From Octopus sinensis (taxonomy: Eukaryota), in assembly GCF_006345805.1 (NCBI RefSeq), contig NC_042997.1, positions 73,036,001 through 73,100,000 on the forward strand: 64,000 nucleotides of DNA, in the 5' to 3' direction. The position numbers were made by a program, and so were the translations under genes. Shown here piece by piece: positions 37,391 through 51,334 of the stretch (the stretch's first letter is position 1; every line of letters begins with the position of its first letter). Below the pieces are notes generated by a model. It was not told the origin of the DNA. It saw only the letters and a list, made by a program, of their open reading frames with translations, and ran no database searches.

Positions 37391-39023
37391 AGCTGTTTAT
37401 AAAAAATTGATGCCGCTGAAAGTTGCCTTCACCAGGATTTGAATTCAGAATGTAACGAGCTGGAGCAAAGATTTTAATGCACAAAGATTTTAAAACTAGA
37501 ATAAACAAGTTGGAACGAAAAACCGTATCAGTATTGAATGAAGCATTAGTCATAACGAGAATAACACGATCAAAAACATACAAAGCATAATCCTGTTAGG
37601 AAAACACTACATACTAAGCAAAGCACCTTTAATTCAACTGTACAACTCAAATAAAACACACTCTGCATACCAAACATGATCTGTTCTGTGAACATCCAAT
37701 AAAATAGCACAACTTATGCAACACAGCCGCTCTAGAATCCACACAAAATAACATCACACAACACATTCTCTACAAAATAAGCAGCCGTAAAGTAACGCAA
37801 CATTACCAGTCTGTGTGTTGTAACCACGAAAAGTCGTTAACATGTGTTTTCAAGAATTAGGTCAAACAGTTGGTGAAGCGTCCCTCTAAATCATGAAAAA
37901 GAATTATTTTGAATAGCGTTGGTTGAAATTATGCGAAATGACGTTTCTTACCCAAGGTCGCAATCCGCTTTTCGACCAAGTAATCGAACTAGCGTACATT
38001 CTAAGAATCAAGTAATGTGCTTTTACGATATAAAACATACACATAATAGATATTTGATACTGCAGTATAAACAACTCACTTTACATCTATTACTAGGATG
38101 CAACTCACAAATTACATAACTTACATACGCAATGTCCGAAAACACCAACCACTCACCACATACACCAGAACACCTCCCATTTTGCATACTCTTTCTCAAG
38201 AACGAGACACTATAATAATACAACCAAATTCCTAACGATGTGAATATGGTTACACATTTGAATACCTACATCGATGCAAATGTATATTTTCTCTTTTCTC
38301 TCTCTCGTTGCTCACACGTGACCATCGTCCATCTTCCCTTTCCTCACGTGAACATCTTTCTTTTCCTGTCCGGACGTTCAGAGGACTGGACGTTTTTTCT
38401 CTCTCTTCTATCTTTTCTCTTTTCAAAATAAAATATTTTTCCCAGCATTCACTATTTCATTCTCGTTCTGGTCTAACGACCCGCTATGTTTGTTTTCGTT
38501 CGGTTTCCTTTATGTCTCAACTGTCCTGTTTTTGTTCCCAACTATCTTTGAAGACTCATATTGTCGTTGACTGCTCAAAATGAGTAGTAGATAGACAGCT
38601 GACAACTGATGACGGGTCGTTTATCTGCTTACTTGTCCTGTTCTCCATTTTTTCTCATTGTTTACGCATTTAACTCGTTGTCTATGTATTTCATATTGTT
38701 ACACAGTCGGTGACGTTCTGTACATACATATACATACATACAAATCAAGCACACACACGCACTCACACATACACACATACACACACACATATATAATTTG
38801 TTAATATTATTATTTAATTGAACGCCACGCAACTATTTCCAAGTAAGTTTATCTTCACCTTTTTGATGCGACTCTACTTTATACTGTTTCCTTCCTTAAT
38901 CCTTCTCTAATTCCCTTTTTCTCCCTTCCCTCTTTCACCGATTTCTATCTGTCTCTCTCTCCCCTCTTTCTCTTCTCTCTCTCTCTCTATATTATTATTA
39001 TTTAATTGAACGCCACGCATCCA

Positions 39024-39062
<39 letters not shown>

Positions 39063-39785
39063 CCTGCTCACTTAGCCAGCGGGGTGGCGTCATTCGAAGG
39101 CTAAAACAATGCGAACGCATTGTGACCAGCGATGTGTAACTACATCTGATGGACTGGTCGGTCACGTGATCACGTGATATATATATGTTTGTGTGTGTGT
39201 GTGTATGTTTGTGTATGCGCGCGCATATGTGTGTTTTTGTGTTTGTGTGTGTGTGTACATTTGTGAGTTTATATGTGTGTAGTTGTGTGTAGGTGCATCT
39301 GTGTAGGTTGGGTATGTATGTGTATTTGTGTGTTTGAAGCGCGCAAATCAATTCCGAGTTATGCCACCGCTCGATTATTGTTTTAAGTACGGGAAACGCA
39401 CAGATTCAGGTACATACATATTTAGTCTCATGGCGAAATGACACCCACGGCAATGTTATCGGTTGCTTGTGATGAAGATAAAATCTATCTTCTTCGGTAT
39501 TATTTAATAATTAATCGGGAAACATTCACCTTTCCCTTCCAGAACGACAAGATTACTTATTAAAATGTAAAAGGTTGCGAGAAGGTTCGAGTTTAACAGT
39601 CAAACAATAATTACAAGAGTATTATTTACAATGCGTGTTATGGATATGTGGTGATATTGGCTCGCTTACATCTTTTTACTGTGACGGCATATTCTCGATA
39701 TTTTGGGACGAAGATAGACCTCAAATGTTACGTATTTTGTAAATGCTTTGGGATTTCAACCGAAGCTTGCTGCATTATTCACAAA

Positions 39786-40334
39786 CACACCAAAGGTATT
39801 GTAGAGAAGTCACATCAAACAAGTCAATATATTAGGTGACTAATATTTAATTAATTTACTGTACCCCTTGAGAAATGAAGAAAAAAAATCGACTCCACTG
39901 AAAATTAGGCTCACACGCAACTATACAACACAATTTATTTGTGAAAGTTAACTTCATTCAGTCACATTTATCGATTCCTTACATTGTTATACGATTTAAC
40001 ATTTGAATACAAGCGGGGAAAGTTGAACGTACATGTTTGAAGCCTATTTTCACATGTATGACAAATATGTTATTAAACGGACGAAATAAAATAACGTAGT
40101 GCTGTTCTATTATCGGGCGCCTTTATAGCTATTAGTCAGACTTAATTATTATTAAATTATTTCAACAGTTGTGTTTCAACCGTAACTCTGAAAACTAGAA
40201 GTGTATATTGTTTTGTAGCTTATCTATTTGTATTCTATAGCCTTTTCTACGAACAAAAATGGCGTTTCAGATTTGTGAAAAGGAATATGAATGGTTCACG
40301 TTATTTTAAGGGTAGTATTCACCCCTATAGGTTT
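39786..40334. repeat. ~550-bp interspersed repeat, inverted copy of 59166-59725; probable non-autonomous DNA transposon
   Basis: Long colinear reverse-complement match; one end TA(T/C)AGGGGTG is Tc1-like. Confidence 0.85.
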
Positions 40335-42959
40335 CTATTGCCTTAACTAGGCCCATATCATAACTTGATCTCAATATTATAAACTAACAAAGCATTTCTT
40401 ATTTATTTACTACTCCTATTGTCAGCATTTCTAATAACTATTTGACGATGTGTATTTGATGTGAGGCAGACTGAGATATCAGAGATTTAAATCATTTTGG
40501 CTATAGATATTGGGCAGTAAAGATATCTCTACATATTATCGACCTTGCTAACACTAGTCAGCAACTATTCCTCCAAAATAAGAGAGTTTATTCTGTGATA
40601 CTCTTCGTCATTATTATATTTTAGCTTAAAAGTATCCAATAAAGCTGGTAAACTACATTTTATGTATGATATATTTATATATATTATGGTGGAAAGATTA
40701 AAGAGAAATTTAGTAGTCACTTTGATCATAAGTTTCATTCTTTGATGTAATTCACAGAACGAAAGACGGGCTAAATATTTTAAAATAAGACCTCCACAAA
40801 GTAGATACTTTACAAACTGAAGCTTAAGGAAGTTAATTATACATTTTTGCCAGTCAACCTACTGATTGAGTGTACAGGCTATATAGGTTAACTGGCTATT
40901 TATAATTATTGAATTTTCCAGTTACTGCTTGGTTGTTGGATAGTGTGACCAATTGCTTCGTATACATCTTGACAGAATTAAACTGGTCGTTTAGCAATTT
41001 CACAATTCATTTATTTTCTTGCAGAATTTGATTTGAAGTTTCCCATTATTTCAGGATAGCTTAAACGATAATAATGATTTCTTACGGTGAAACTGTTTGG
41101 AGGAAAGACAAAGTCAGTTATATCCACCTCAGTATTTGACTGGTACGTTATTATTTTATCGATACAGAAAGGTTTAAAAAGATGACCTCTAAAGTGAAAT
41201 GCTAAAAAGTTGACACTCACATGATCTTCTTAATCGCTTTGGAATGTTTCTACACAATTTTCTCTCATCATGTTCAAAATTTATTGAAGAATTTTAGGTC
41301 ATTAGGCAACTAAACCTCTACATGTGTATTCTTTATGCACATATCTTTCTAATTTCTTATTGTGTGTGTATGTGAATCAATATATATATTTGTCTTAATT
41401 GCAAGGTTATTACCAGCTTAAATATGTTTGGGGCATATTCTACTGCGAGAAATTTTCTCCTTGGTAAAACACAGTGAATGACTTTCTTACGGGCTCGAAT
41501 ATACCCCAAGCATACTTGAACTGGTAATAATCTTGTATTATTTCTCATCACTGCTTAGCTCTGCTACTCTGTAATTTATATCTTAGCCTTTGTTAGTATC
41601 TTAGGATATTTGTAGAAAGTTAGTGTTCTGAACTGTATGTGTTTTAATCTCTTGTTGAAGTCTATTAAATATCTGGTACGACACTCCTTGGAATACAAAG
41701 GAATATCGCTAGATTCCCATTTTACTCCTTCCTATAAACACAGAACTGTTTATACTTTGTCACTTTGTCAGTGAAGGCAGTACAACACCGAACACTCGTA
41801 CAGCTTAATCTTTACCTTCTAGGAAAAGAAAAATCAATATTCCTTTTACGGTGTGTATCGAGTGTAGTAGAGCCAAAAAGACACAGCTTCTATTGTCAGA
41901 TGCAACTATTTCGTTTCGCTCTAACTAATAATGCGATTATAGAAAGTGACAACATTCCATTTCACTTTCCCTTAAACACCGTAGCGTAGTATTACTTTAA
42001 AGTGACGTCTAAAGATATACGTTGTAAATATATTATTTTTATTCTCGGCTGAAGTCATTTCATTAACACTCCAAATTTTCAGTCAAAACTTGAAGGCTAC
42101 TGTATTTCATTCACTGCCTATAATTTGAATTCCGGATATTATTAATATTATTATTTATATATCAGAAGTGAAATAGAATTAGGAGAGGCGTAGATTGGCG
42201 AGTCAATAAGTGATCGACTATTGGCAAAATTTTATTCACTGTTTCATCTTACGTTGTACAAATATTCATTTCCTTTCACTTTTCTCTGAAAAAGCATAAA
42301 ATTCACGAATTATCATATTTCCTTCAAACAAAAATATAATGTCACATACAATATACGGTTAAAATACATTTCTTAAGCGAAAGCAGTAACGTAAGGAGTG
42401 AATTGTGGCGGACCATATACTAATCCCAGATTCGAGTTTCCCATGGAAATGCGTAAAGGAAGTGAAAATATCCTACACTTATAAAAATAAACAACTCAAG
42501 GTCACATCATTGATTACAGTTCTTTCTTTACCAGGTTACTGGTAAATGTTCATTCTGCTCCACCTGAAAGTTCTCTTGAGGAATTTATAATACATAACAA
42601 CATCAACGCCCAGGTCGAAAACCTCTCATTTCCTCTCCAGCATTGAAATAGAATATAGATATTTTGCGTTAAATAAAAAGGAACAGTATTTGCAATGCGG
42701 CTTAATGCAATGTCAAATTGAAACAGAAAACTTATTTGAATATCGGGTAAAATGTTATGTGTTATTTAGTTATTTTATTCTTAGATAAGTCCTGTCGAGG
42801 GTCAATACTGCCTTTAATTTTTCTGTGATCATCAAAATGAAACCCCCCAAACCCAGAGTGCTAAGGCATGTGCATATGTGTGTGTGTGTGTGTGATTGTG
42901 TGTATGTATACATATACAATATGATTGCTCCATCATTAGAGATGATTGTCATCACTCTG

Positions 42960-43370
42960 AGTTTCCTTGCTGTCATTAGCATTTCTACCCTTTCGTCTAT
43001 GACCTCTCAGATGACTAGTCAGTCCCGCAGCAAATCTGCTTGTCTTGTAGTATAGGTGACAAACAAAAATGATGACCTCCACTTGATTGATTGTGTATTT
43101 AATGCCACCTGAACACGAGTATTCTCTAGGAACTAACGATACTGTTATTTCAATCCCAGGAAGACACTCCTCCAGCTGGTTATGCTGTTCACTCTGCACT
43201 CGATATAAATTGCAAGTCGGGAGAGAACTTCTTACTCTTTTAGCCCTGAGATCACCAGACTGTACGGTTAAACCTTTTTATGGTCATCCTCCAGCGGACG
43301 AGAATGCATCACTGAGGATGACCTTAAAAAGGTCGATACCGTGTTTAAAGCTACCTAAACACTAATTCTC
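42960..43370 (-). mobile_element. RTE-like LINE 3' end remnant
   Basis: FVCHLYYKTSRFAAGLTSHLRGH resembles the RTE C-terminal CxxC...GLxSHxRxH finger. Confidence 0.55.
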
Positions 43371-43424
43371 AGTATGAATACTGATTTCATCTCAGATTTT
43401 CTTGACTAGTTAGTTTGCTTTTTA

Positions 43425-43440
43425 TCTATCTATCTATCTA

Positions 43441-43503
<63 letters not shown>

Positions 43504-43508
43504 ACATA

Positions 43509-43585
<77 letters not shown>

Positions 43586-43593
43586 TATTATTA

Positions 43594-43691
<98 letters not shown>

Positions 43692-43713
43692 CATCATTAT
43701 TATTATTATTATT
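43425..43713. repeat. (ATCT)n + long (ATT)n array
   Basis: Directly visible; abuts the Dong element 3' end. Confidence 0.95.
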
Positions 43714-46700
43714 GCCTTTGCACAGCTTCTAACGCTGGAGATGTACTATAGTGTCAGCTGTTCATTACCAGTGAACTAAGGTAACACCTCTTATTTTTCG
43801 AGTAACTTCCGGAGTACCTTCCGAAGTGTTCGAGCAGTTCTGTTTTCTGCAAGTACTCCACCCTTATTGCAGCCCTTATTTGTTCCATGTACTTCTCAAA
43901 ATTCTTATTCACTGTTCCCAGGGCCCCGACAATTATTGGTACTACAACCACCTTTTTCATCGACCACAACTGCTTAACCTCACAGGTTAACCTGTCATAT
44001 CTATCGACTTTTCTTTCTTCCTTATCGCATACCTTGTTGTCAGCTGGGCATCCTATATCTATGATCCAGCATAGTTTGCTTACTTTCTCGATTAAGACTA
44101 TGTCTGGCTTCCTATTCTCTATCTCATGGTCGCACTGAATCATAAAATCCCATAGGATCTTTCCATCACCATTTTCGATGATGCCCTCGGGTTTGTGGTC
44201 GTACCAATTTTTTGCTCTGTGAAGTCCATACTTGTTGCAAAGCGTCCAATGGACAAACCTTGCTATATTGTCGTGGCGTCTATTATATTCCTTCTGGGCT
44301 AGTGGTGTACATTGGCTGGTAATATGCCATACGGTTTCACCATTTTGTCCACTGATTCTGCACTTATCACTTTCTGATTTGTTGTCTATTCTGTATTTTA
44401 TGTAGTTTGTTCTTACTGCTTGCTCTTGGGCAGCACAGATTAGAACCTCCGTTTCCAGTTTTAAATCACTTTTATTCATCCACAGCCATTTTTCCCTGTC
44501 TGTCTTAAATTCAACATCCCTATGAAATTATCCGTGCATTCTTTTCTTTACCCACCTATTTTCAGTTTCATTCATTTTCAATTGCTTGTATAGTGCTTTA
44601 TATTTGCAATCTTTCATCCTACATAAGCCTGACCTTCTTACTTCTAATAATATTGGTTCTGTGGCATTTTTACATACCATGCTATGTTGTTTGCTTCTGC
44701 TCTAATGCTGTGTTCGCATCCAATAAGTCCTCTTGCCCCTCTTTTTCTTGGTACATACAGACTGTTTGTGTCACTTTTTGGGTGGAGTGTTCCATATCTA
44801 GTTAGCAACTTCCTTGTCTTTCTGTTTAAGCTGTTTAGTTCGTGTACTGTCCATGGGATGAACCCTACTCCATATCTAAGGAGTGGAACTTCTCAGGTGT
44901 TGATAGCTTCAATCTTATTCCGTCCGTTTAATTTTGACTTAAGGATCAGTCTCAGTCTGCGCAAGTACTCCACCTTAAATTTTTCTGTCATTTCTTTCTC
45001 CATCAATTTATCCATTTCCAAAATCCCCATGTACTTATAGCCCGTCTCTCCTATCTGCTTCATAACCTCCCCCGCAGGTATCGATAGTATGTCCATAAAT
45101 TTGATTTTGCCTTCAAAAGCCGCCAACAAAAAGTCAACCATTTGTTATTCATGGATGACCTCAAACTTTATGGAAAAGATGCATACTTTCAGTGCTGATA
45201 TCACACTTTCTCAGTCCGAAATCCATTTTGATATCAGCACTGAAAGTATACATCTTTCCCATAAAGTTTGAGGTCATCCATGAATAACAAATGGTTGACT
45301 TTTTGTTGGCGGCTTTTGAATACATAGTCAGCTTTTGCTTTCCTCAGAATCAGTGTTAATGCGAGTATTCCAGTCAATAATTCCCACATAAGGATATTGG
45401 CCTGTAATTGTCTACCGTATCGCCTTTCTCGATGTTTTTCAAGCACAGCACTGTTCTACCCAGTGTCGACCACACTGGTGTTACTTGGTCGGCATTTAAC
45501 AAGGTGTTGAGTTGTGCAGCTATTCGTGCATGACATTCACCAAAATTGTTGTTCCAGTAGCCTTGAACTCCATCTCGTTCCGGAGCCTTCCAGTTGCTAA
45601 TTTGTTTGCTAATTTCCTTCACTTCCCTAACTGAAATGACCAGTCCTTCCTATTTGTGGAAGGCTACTGTTTGTTTCAGTTCTTGCAACCATTCAGCATC
45701 CTTCTTGTGCTCCTTGTCTTTGCTCCAGATGTCACTTCAAAACCTTTGAATTTCACTGTTATCTGGTATCAACTTTTCATCTGTACACTCTCCATTTATT
45801 TCTTTATGGAATCTTTTCTGATCTACGCTGAATAACCTTATCTGGTGGTAATCCTTCACTTTTTGGTCGTATCTTACCATCTTTGCTTTCTTTGCTACGG
45901 GGCACTGTTTCAGTTCCTCCATAAATAGTTTCAGGCCCTTTATTTCAATATTATACTACTTTTCTGCGCCCTGCATGTTTGTTCGCTTTTCAGCTCCCCT
46001 CTCTCTTTTTTGTCTAACGCAGAGATTTCCTTCGACAGCATGTCTAACGCTGTCTGTATTCTTCTTTTCCACTATGGATCTTTTCTTTTGTCACCCCCAT
46101 TATATTTCTTTTTCTTGACATCAACACCCACGTTTTCTGCTACAACAATACTTGCTGCCTTGATCAAATTATTTGTTTCTGTGATGTTTGTTCTGATGTA
46201 TTTCAGAATTTCATTGACATTTTTCGTTTCTTGGCTCAATTTCCACCGATCAACCTTTTTAAGGTTGCAAATAATGTCGCTATCGTTCTCCTCTAGTCTT
46301 GCCTTTATTCTGTCGTAGATTGCCTTTTGTTCATCTGTCATGTCGCCATTAATTTTATTGTCTTCTTTTAGATCATCTATATGTCTCTCATCAAGTAACC
46401 TACCACTGCTCCTTTCCTATGCTATGAGATTACTTCTATTAGTAAGAACTGCATTTTCATCGTTATCTCTGCAGCTATTTTCCAAGACCCGTCTTTTGAT
46501 AGCTTCGAGCTATACTTATGTGAACCAACGATTTTTTCTTATTGCTCTAGCTTGATCACATAGTCTCTGTGCTGTGCCTTTTCTCTCCAATGATCATAAC
46601 CCTAATTTGAGCACTATTTTCATCTACTGGGTTGCTTAGGTTGTAACACTTCATGACCATAGCATTAATTTTCTTGCTTCATCTACGCCGTGTGTGGTGC

Positions 46701-47000
46701 TCCCTTTTTGGATATCGACAGGCTGGAACCGGACCAGAATCTCTGAGCCTGCCGGGTGCAACACTGTCACCATCAATGGCTTTAGTTTCATTACCGCCGT
46801 TATTCACAATATTTTGTTGTTTTATTGTCACTCATATGAGATATTGATTATCAGGTTGTGCAATTACCAGTGCTTTTATTGTGACACCATCACTAGATGT
46901 ATCATAAATCAGGACATGGAAAGACTCCACCCGCTTCCTTTCATCATTATTATTTTTATCATATCTGATACCTTTGATAATGTTGTTTTTATTTTTTACT
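43714..47000 (-). mobile_element. R4/Dong-clade RLE non-LTR retrotransposon, near full length, degraded
   Basis: N-terminal QRLCDQARAIRKN, YRPISL, HLLFMDDLKLYGK, KSKLNGRNKIEAINT, CCHC-like region CRIS...HITSQC...RRHD, RLE KPDIV...IIDIGCP...K...Y..L; (TAA)n follows the 3' end on the sense strand. Confidence 0.9.
45112..45320. repeat. Fold-back inverted duplication (92-bp arms, 25-nt spacer) inside the Dong RT
   Basis: 45112-45203 vs 45229-45320, 2 mismatches. Confidence 0.95.
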
Positions 47001-47526
47001 ATTTGTCATTGCTATATTAACAGACACAGAGGTTACACAGGAGTGGGGGCAGTGGTAGTAGACGTAGTTGGGCATGAGATTCCTGTGCTATCAGAATAGT
47101 AGTAGTTGTAGTATTAGAAGCTGCAGCATATTATCATTATTTTGATCTTTATCATTATCACCATCACCACCACTACTATTGTTATTACCATTATTACTAT
47201 TTCCATTTATTATTAAAATATTTTATTAAATTTTCTTTATTTTCAAATTTTGTTCTGTACTTGAGATAATCATATAAAGATGTGGTTGTTGGGGGAAACA
47301 GTTACGGAAAGACTGGCAGGTTCACGAACAGATCAAATTCTATAGGTCTATAAATAGATTCAGCAGATGCTGAGGAGGTCAGCCATAGAGACAAAAGAAT
47401 CTTCGCACCCTTTGGGTCAGCAGATGTCAAATGTGTTTACTACTACCAGCGACCACTGAGAGCGCTGTCCTTGGCTTTGAAGCAATTCCATCTGTTCTAT
47501 TTGTAATTACTGTTAGAAAAAAGCAA

Positions 47527-47601
<75 letters not shown>

Positions 47602-47605
47602 CATA

Positions 47606-47660
<55 letters not shown>

Positions 47661-48518
47661 TACATACACTGATACGTCGTTGAATTTTTGAATTTCTGAA
47701 TTCAGTTGTGTTGTTGCAATAAAAGGTATGTTTATATATTTGGGTAGTCAGGGAGAAGTTTCATACAAAATTTAATATATTAAAGTTTTTAAGTTTTCTT
47801 GAAATGTTCGTTTGTCTGTCCAGTTGGGAAATACAGTAGTATTTTTGCAATGGAAAGGACGTTTACATTTTCGAATACTCAGTGAGAAAGGAAAGGAAAG
47901 GAAAGAAAAGGAAAGGAAAGAAAAGGAAAGGAAAATCTTTAACAGAAAATTGCAGATATTAAGGTTTTAAAATTTACTGGAGATGATCTTTTGTCTGTCC
48001 GAACAGAGAAAACTGTAGTGTTCTTGGAATAAAGAGGATATTTTCTCATTGAGAAAAGAAAGGATAAGTATTCACAGAAATTGTAGATATTAAAGTTTTC
48101 TTTTTTTTAAAGCTGAGCGTCTGTATGTTCAAAGCTGTAGATATGTAAGTTTCCTAACTTATTTTGAGGGAGATTTAAAATATTCACAGGAAATTGTAGA
48201 TATTCCAGTCTTTGTGAATAGTAGGAGGAAGAGATGTGCTTGTTGAATTTTTGATTTCTGAATTTCTTTTTCTTTTGGAATTTTTCTTTTCTTTTTAAAA
48301 GTTTTGCTGTGATTTACAGCTTTTTGTAGTTATGCAGTATGTATATGTTAGCAGATGTTTACCTCCTTAATTTTTTTTTCGTGCATTTAATTGTGTTGTT
48401 ACAATAAAAACATGTTTACATATTCGGCTAGTCAAGGTAAAAGGAAAGATAAAATATTCACACAAAACTGGAGATATGTATGTGTATATGTATGTGTATA
48501 TGTATATATATATATATA

Positions 48519-48573
<55 letters not shown>

Positions 48574-48575
<2 letters not shown>

Positions 48576-48690
48576 AATGTAATACGTAACAATTATTCGG
48601 TAGCCATGGTAAAACTTCGAGTTTCGGATGTCGGGTTTGAAATCCACGCAGTTATCATGGCTACCGAATGATTGTCCCATATTACATTTA
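48574..48690. repeat. 117-bp hairpin element (mini-MITE-like)
   Basis: 11-bp outer stem, 5x5 internal loop, 23-bp inner stem with two G-U pairs, 39-nt loop. Confidence 0.75.
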
Positions 48691-48750
48691 CAGATAAATT
48701 CCTCTATTTACATAATATCGAGGTCTCTTTCATTCTTTTACTGTCTCACC

Positions 48751-48803
<53 letters not shown>

Positions 48804-48929
48804 CAAAATAAGCAACAATGATATCCAGAAATCACCCCATTTTGAATTAAATGGATAATACCATACTAAATTCTGGTGCCTTTAACTTAAGTACCATATT
48901 CTTCTAAATCTAAATTTTACTGAACTTAT

Positions 48930-49011
<82 letters not shown>

Positions 49012-49681
49012 TGTATATATGAATGTATGTATGTATGTATATATGTATGTATGCACATGCATACAATATTTTTTAATTTGCAGCTTTGTAACATTATTAG
49101 AAATCAATATTTAAGTGCTTAGAACTTTAAATATTGACATTTAACAGAATGGAAACCTTATTGAATCAGCATTTTTGGAATATTTTCATAATTTTAGCAA
49201 TATTAAATTTACTTAATACCAAAGGTAAGCGAATTAATATTCCTCTCTGAAACGAGTTTTCCCTTTTTTTAACATTACGTTTCGTGTTTGGTTCCACAGG
49301 TAACTGCTTGCGCAAGATTCATGGAAATAAAGATTTACCGAAGAAATTAGAAACATGAAAGGAAACAGTTTTCCTTACTTTCATGGTAAGGATACAGAAT
49401 CAATACTTTCTTACTACGATATGTACTTTTCCATATAGCATTTATTTTTACATTTTTCTCTCTCTCTCTTCTTGGGGAAGCATGATTAGGACTGGACTGG
49501 CTAAGCAATGCTGGTACCTCAGATCGAACTTCTTAAAAGGTGCGTAACATCAATGCTAGTCAGACAGTAAGAAAATTTGTTGATTGTTTATGAGGACAGC
49601 GACACATGTTCATACGATAGTGATGGTAGCGACCGTAGCAGTAATGCAGGTGATAATGGTAAATGGAAAAAGATACAGAAT

Positions 49682-49770
<89 letters not shown>

Positions 49771-50289
49771 TGGATTGAGGAAGACAGAAAGTAAGACACA
49801 ATTTTAAAAAAGGAGAGGCTGTCTGATGTCACTGTCTCTTTAATAATCTCATTTTTTTCATAACCTCTATCTCTCTCTTCCCGCCCTACAGCCAATTTTA
49901 TTTTCTTCACCACAGTCATTATCATAAGGTATCATTATGTGTGTATATGCATGCGTATATGTGTAGACTTGTGTGTATTTTTGAAGACCGTTCACGTACA
50001 TGTGTTTTTATATTTTAGCTCGTAAGACTTAAAAAGGAAAAGTATTAAAGATGGAATGTCAGATAGTAACACCTTCACTATTAAAAAATATACCATAAAT
50101 ATTATCACTCATATCATATTTGAATTATTACCAAACTATAGTTTACTTATTTACTAAATCAAATCAGTATTTTAGGTAAATAGGAAGAAATTCATCAAAG
50201 CATTATGAAGCAAATTATTAAAACCGACAAGATAGTTATTTACAACTGAAGCAGTACCACAAAAATGCGTACTGCAAATAATAATCATT

Positions 50290-50422
50290 TCTACTATATG
50301 CACAAAGCCTAAAATTTGGGGGAGGTGAAAAGTCGATTTCATCGATCCTGCTGTTTCATTGGTACTTATTTAATCGACCTAAACCAGATGAAAGGCAAAG
50401 TCGACCTCGATAGAATTTGAAC
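50290..50422 (+). mobile_element. SINE segment
   Basis: tttctactatatgcacaaagcctaaaattt...gtcgacctcgatagaatttgaac; homologous to 55322-55470. Confidence 0.7.
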
Positions 50423-50454
<32 letters not shown>

Positions 50455-50558
50455 TAATAATAATAATAATAATGATAATAATAATAATAATAATTATCAG
50501 AAGAAGAAGAAGAAGAAGAAGAAGAAGAAGAAGAAGAAGAAGAAGAAGAAGAAGAAGA

Positions 50559-51207
50559 GGAATATGTGGAGATGGACAAGAAACAGTAAATCATATTATC
50601 TCTGGCTGCCAAGTCCTCGCTAACAAGGAATATATTCACAGACACGACAGAGTTAGGACCTACATACACTGGAAGCGATGCCAACATTATGGAATAACAG
50701 AAAAAAGATGATATAGGCACACACCAGAAAAGGTCACAGAAAACGAGAAAGCAACCATACTCTGGTTTATGCCAATACACACAGATAGAGAAATTAAGGC
50801 CAACAGGCCAGATATCGTTGTCAGAGATCGTGAAGGAAAAATTGCTTTCTAATTGATGTATCAATAACAGCAGATGACAACGTTTCTCTAAAAGAAATGA
50901 AGAAACTTTCAAAACACAAAGACCTGGAAGTAGAGCTAACTAGAATGTGGAATCTAAAAACAGAAACAATTCCTATCATAGTAGGTGCATTAGGTATGAT
51001 AAAAAAATATTCAGACAAATACATAACAAAAACACCAGAACTTACAAACACATATATCATACAGAAAATTGCACTACTGGGCACTGCACGCATCCTACAC
51101 AAAACACTTTCAATACAGTAACTATCAGAGCATCACAACAAATCACAGCACATACCCAAGGCACACAGAGCTGCACTCGGTAGTGAAGTGAAAGCACGCT
51201 ATAAAAA
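50559..51207 (+). mobile_element. Dong/R4 3' fragment (CCHC + RLE)
   Basis: CGDGQETVNHIISGC...HRHD; NRPDIV; KHKDLEVELTRMWNLKTETIPIIVGALG; followed by (TAG)n(TAA)n. Confidence 0.9.
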
Positions 51208-51242
<35 letters not shown>

Positions 51243-51266
51243 ATAGTAGTAGTAGTAGTAGTAGTA

Positions 51267-51333
<67 letters not shown>

Positions 51334-51334
<1 letters not shown>

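Noticed and set aside
38597-38615. CTGATGA followed by CGGGTCG
   Set aside because: Its complement lies upstream, not downstream, and no GAAA follows; not a hammerhead topology.
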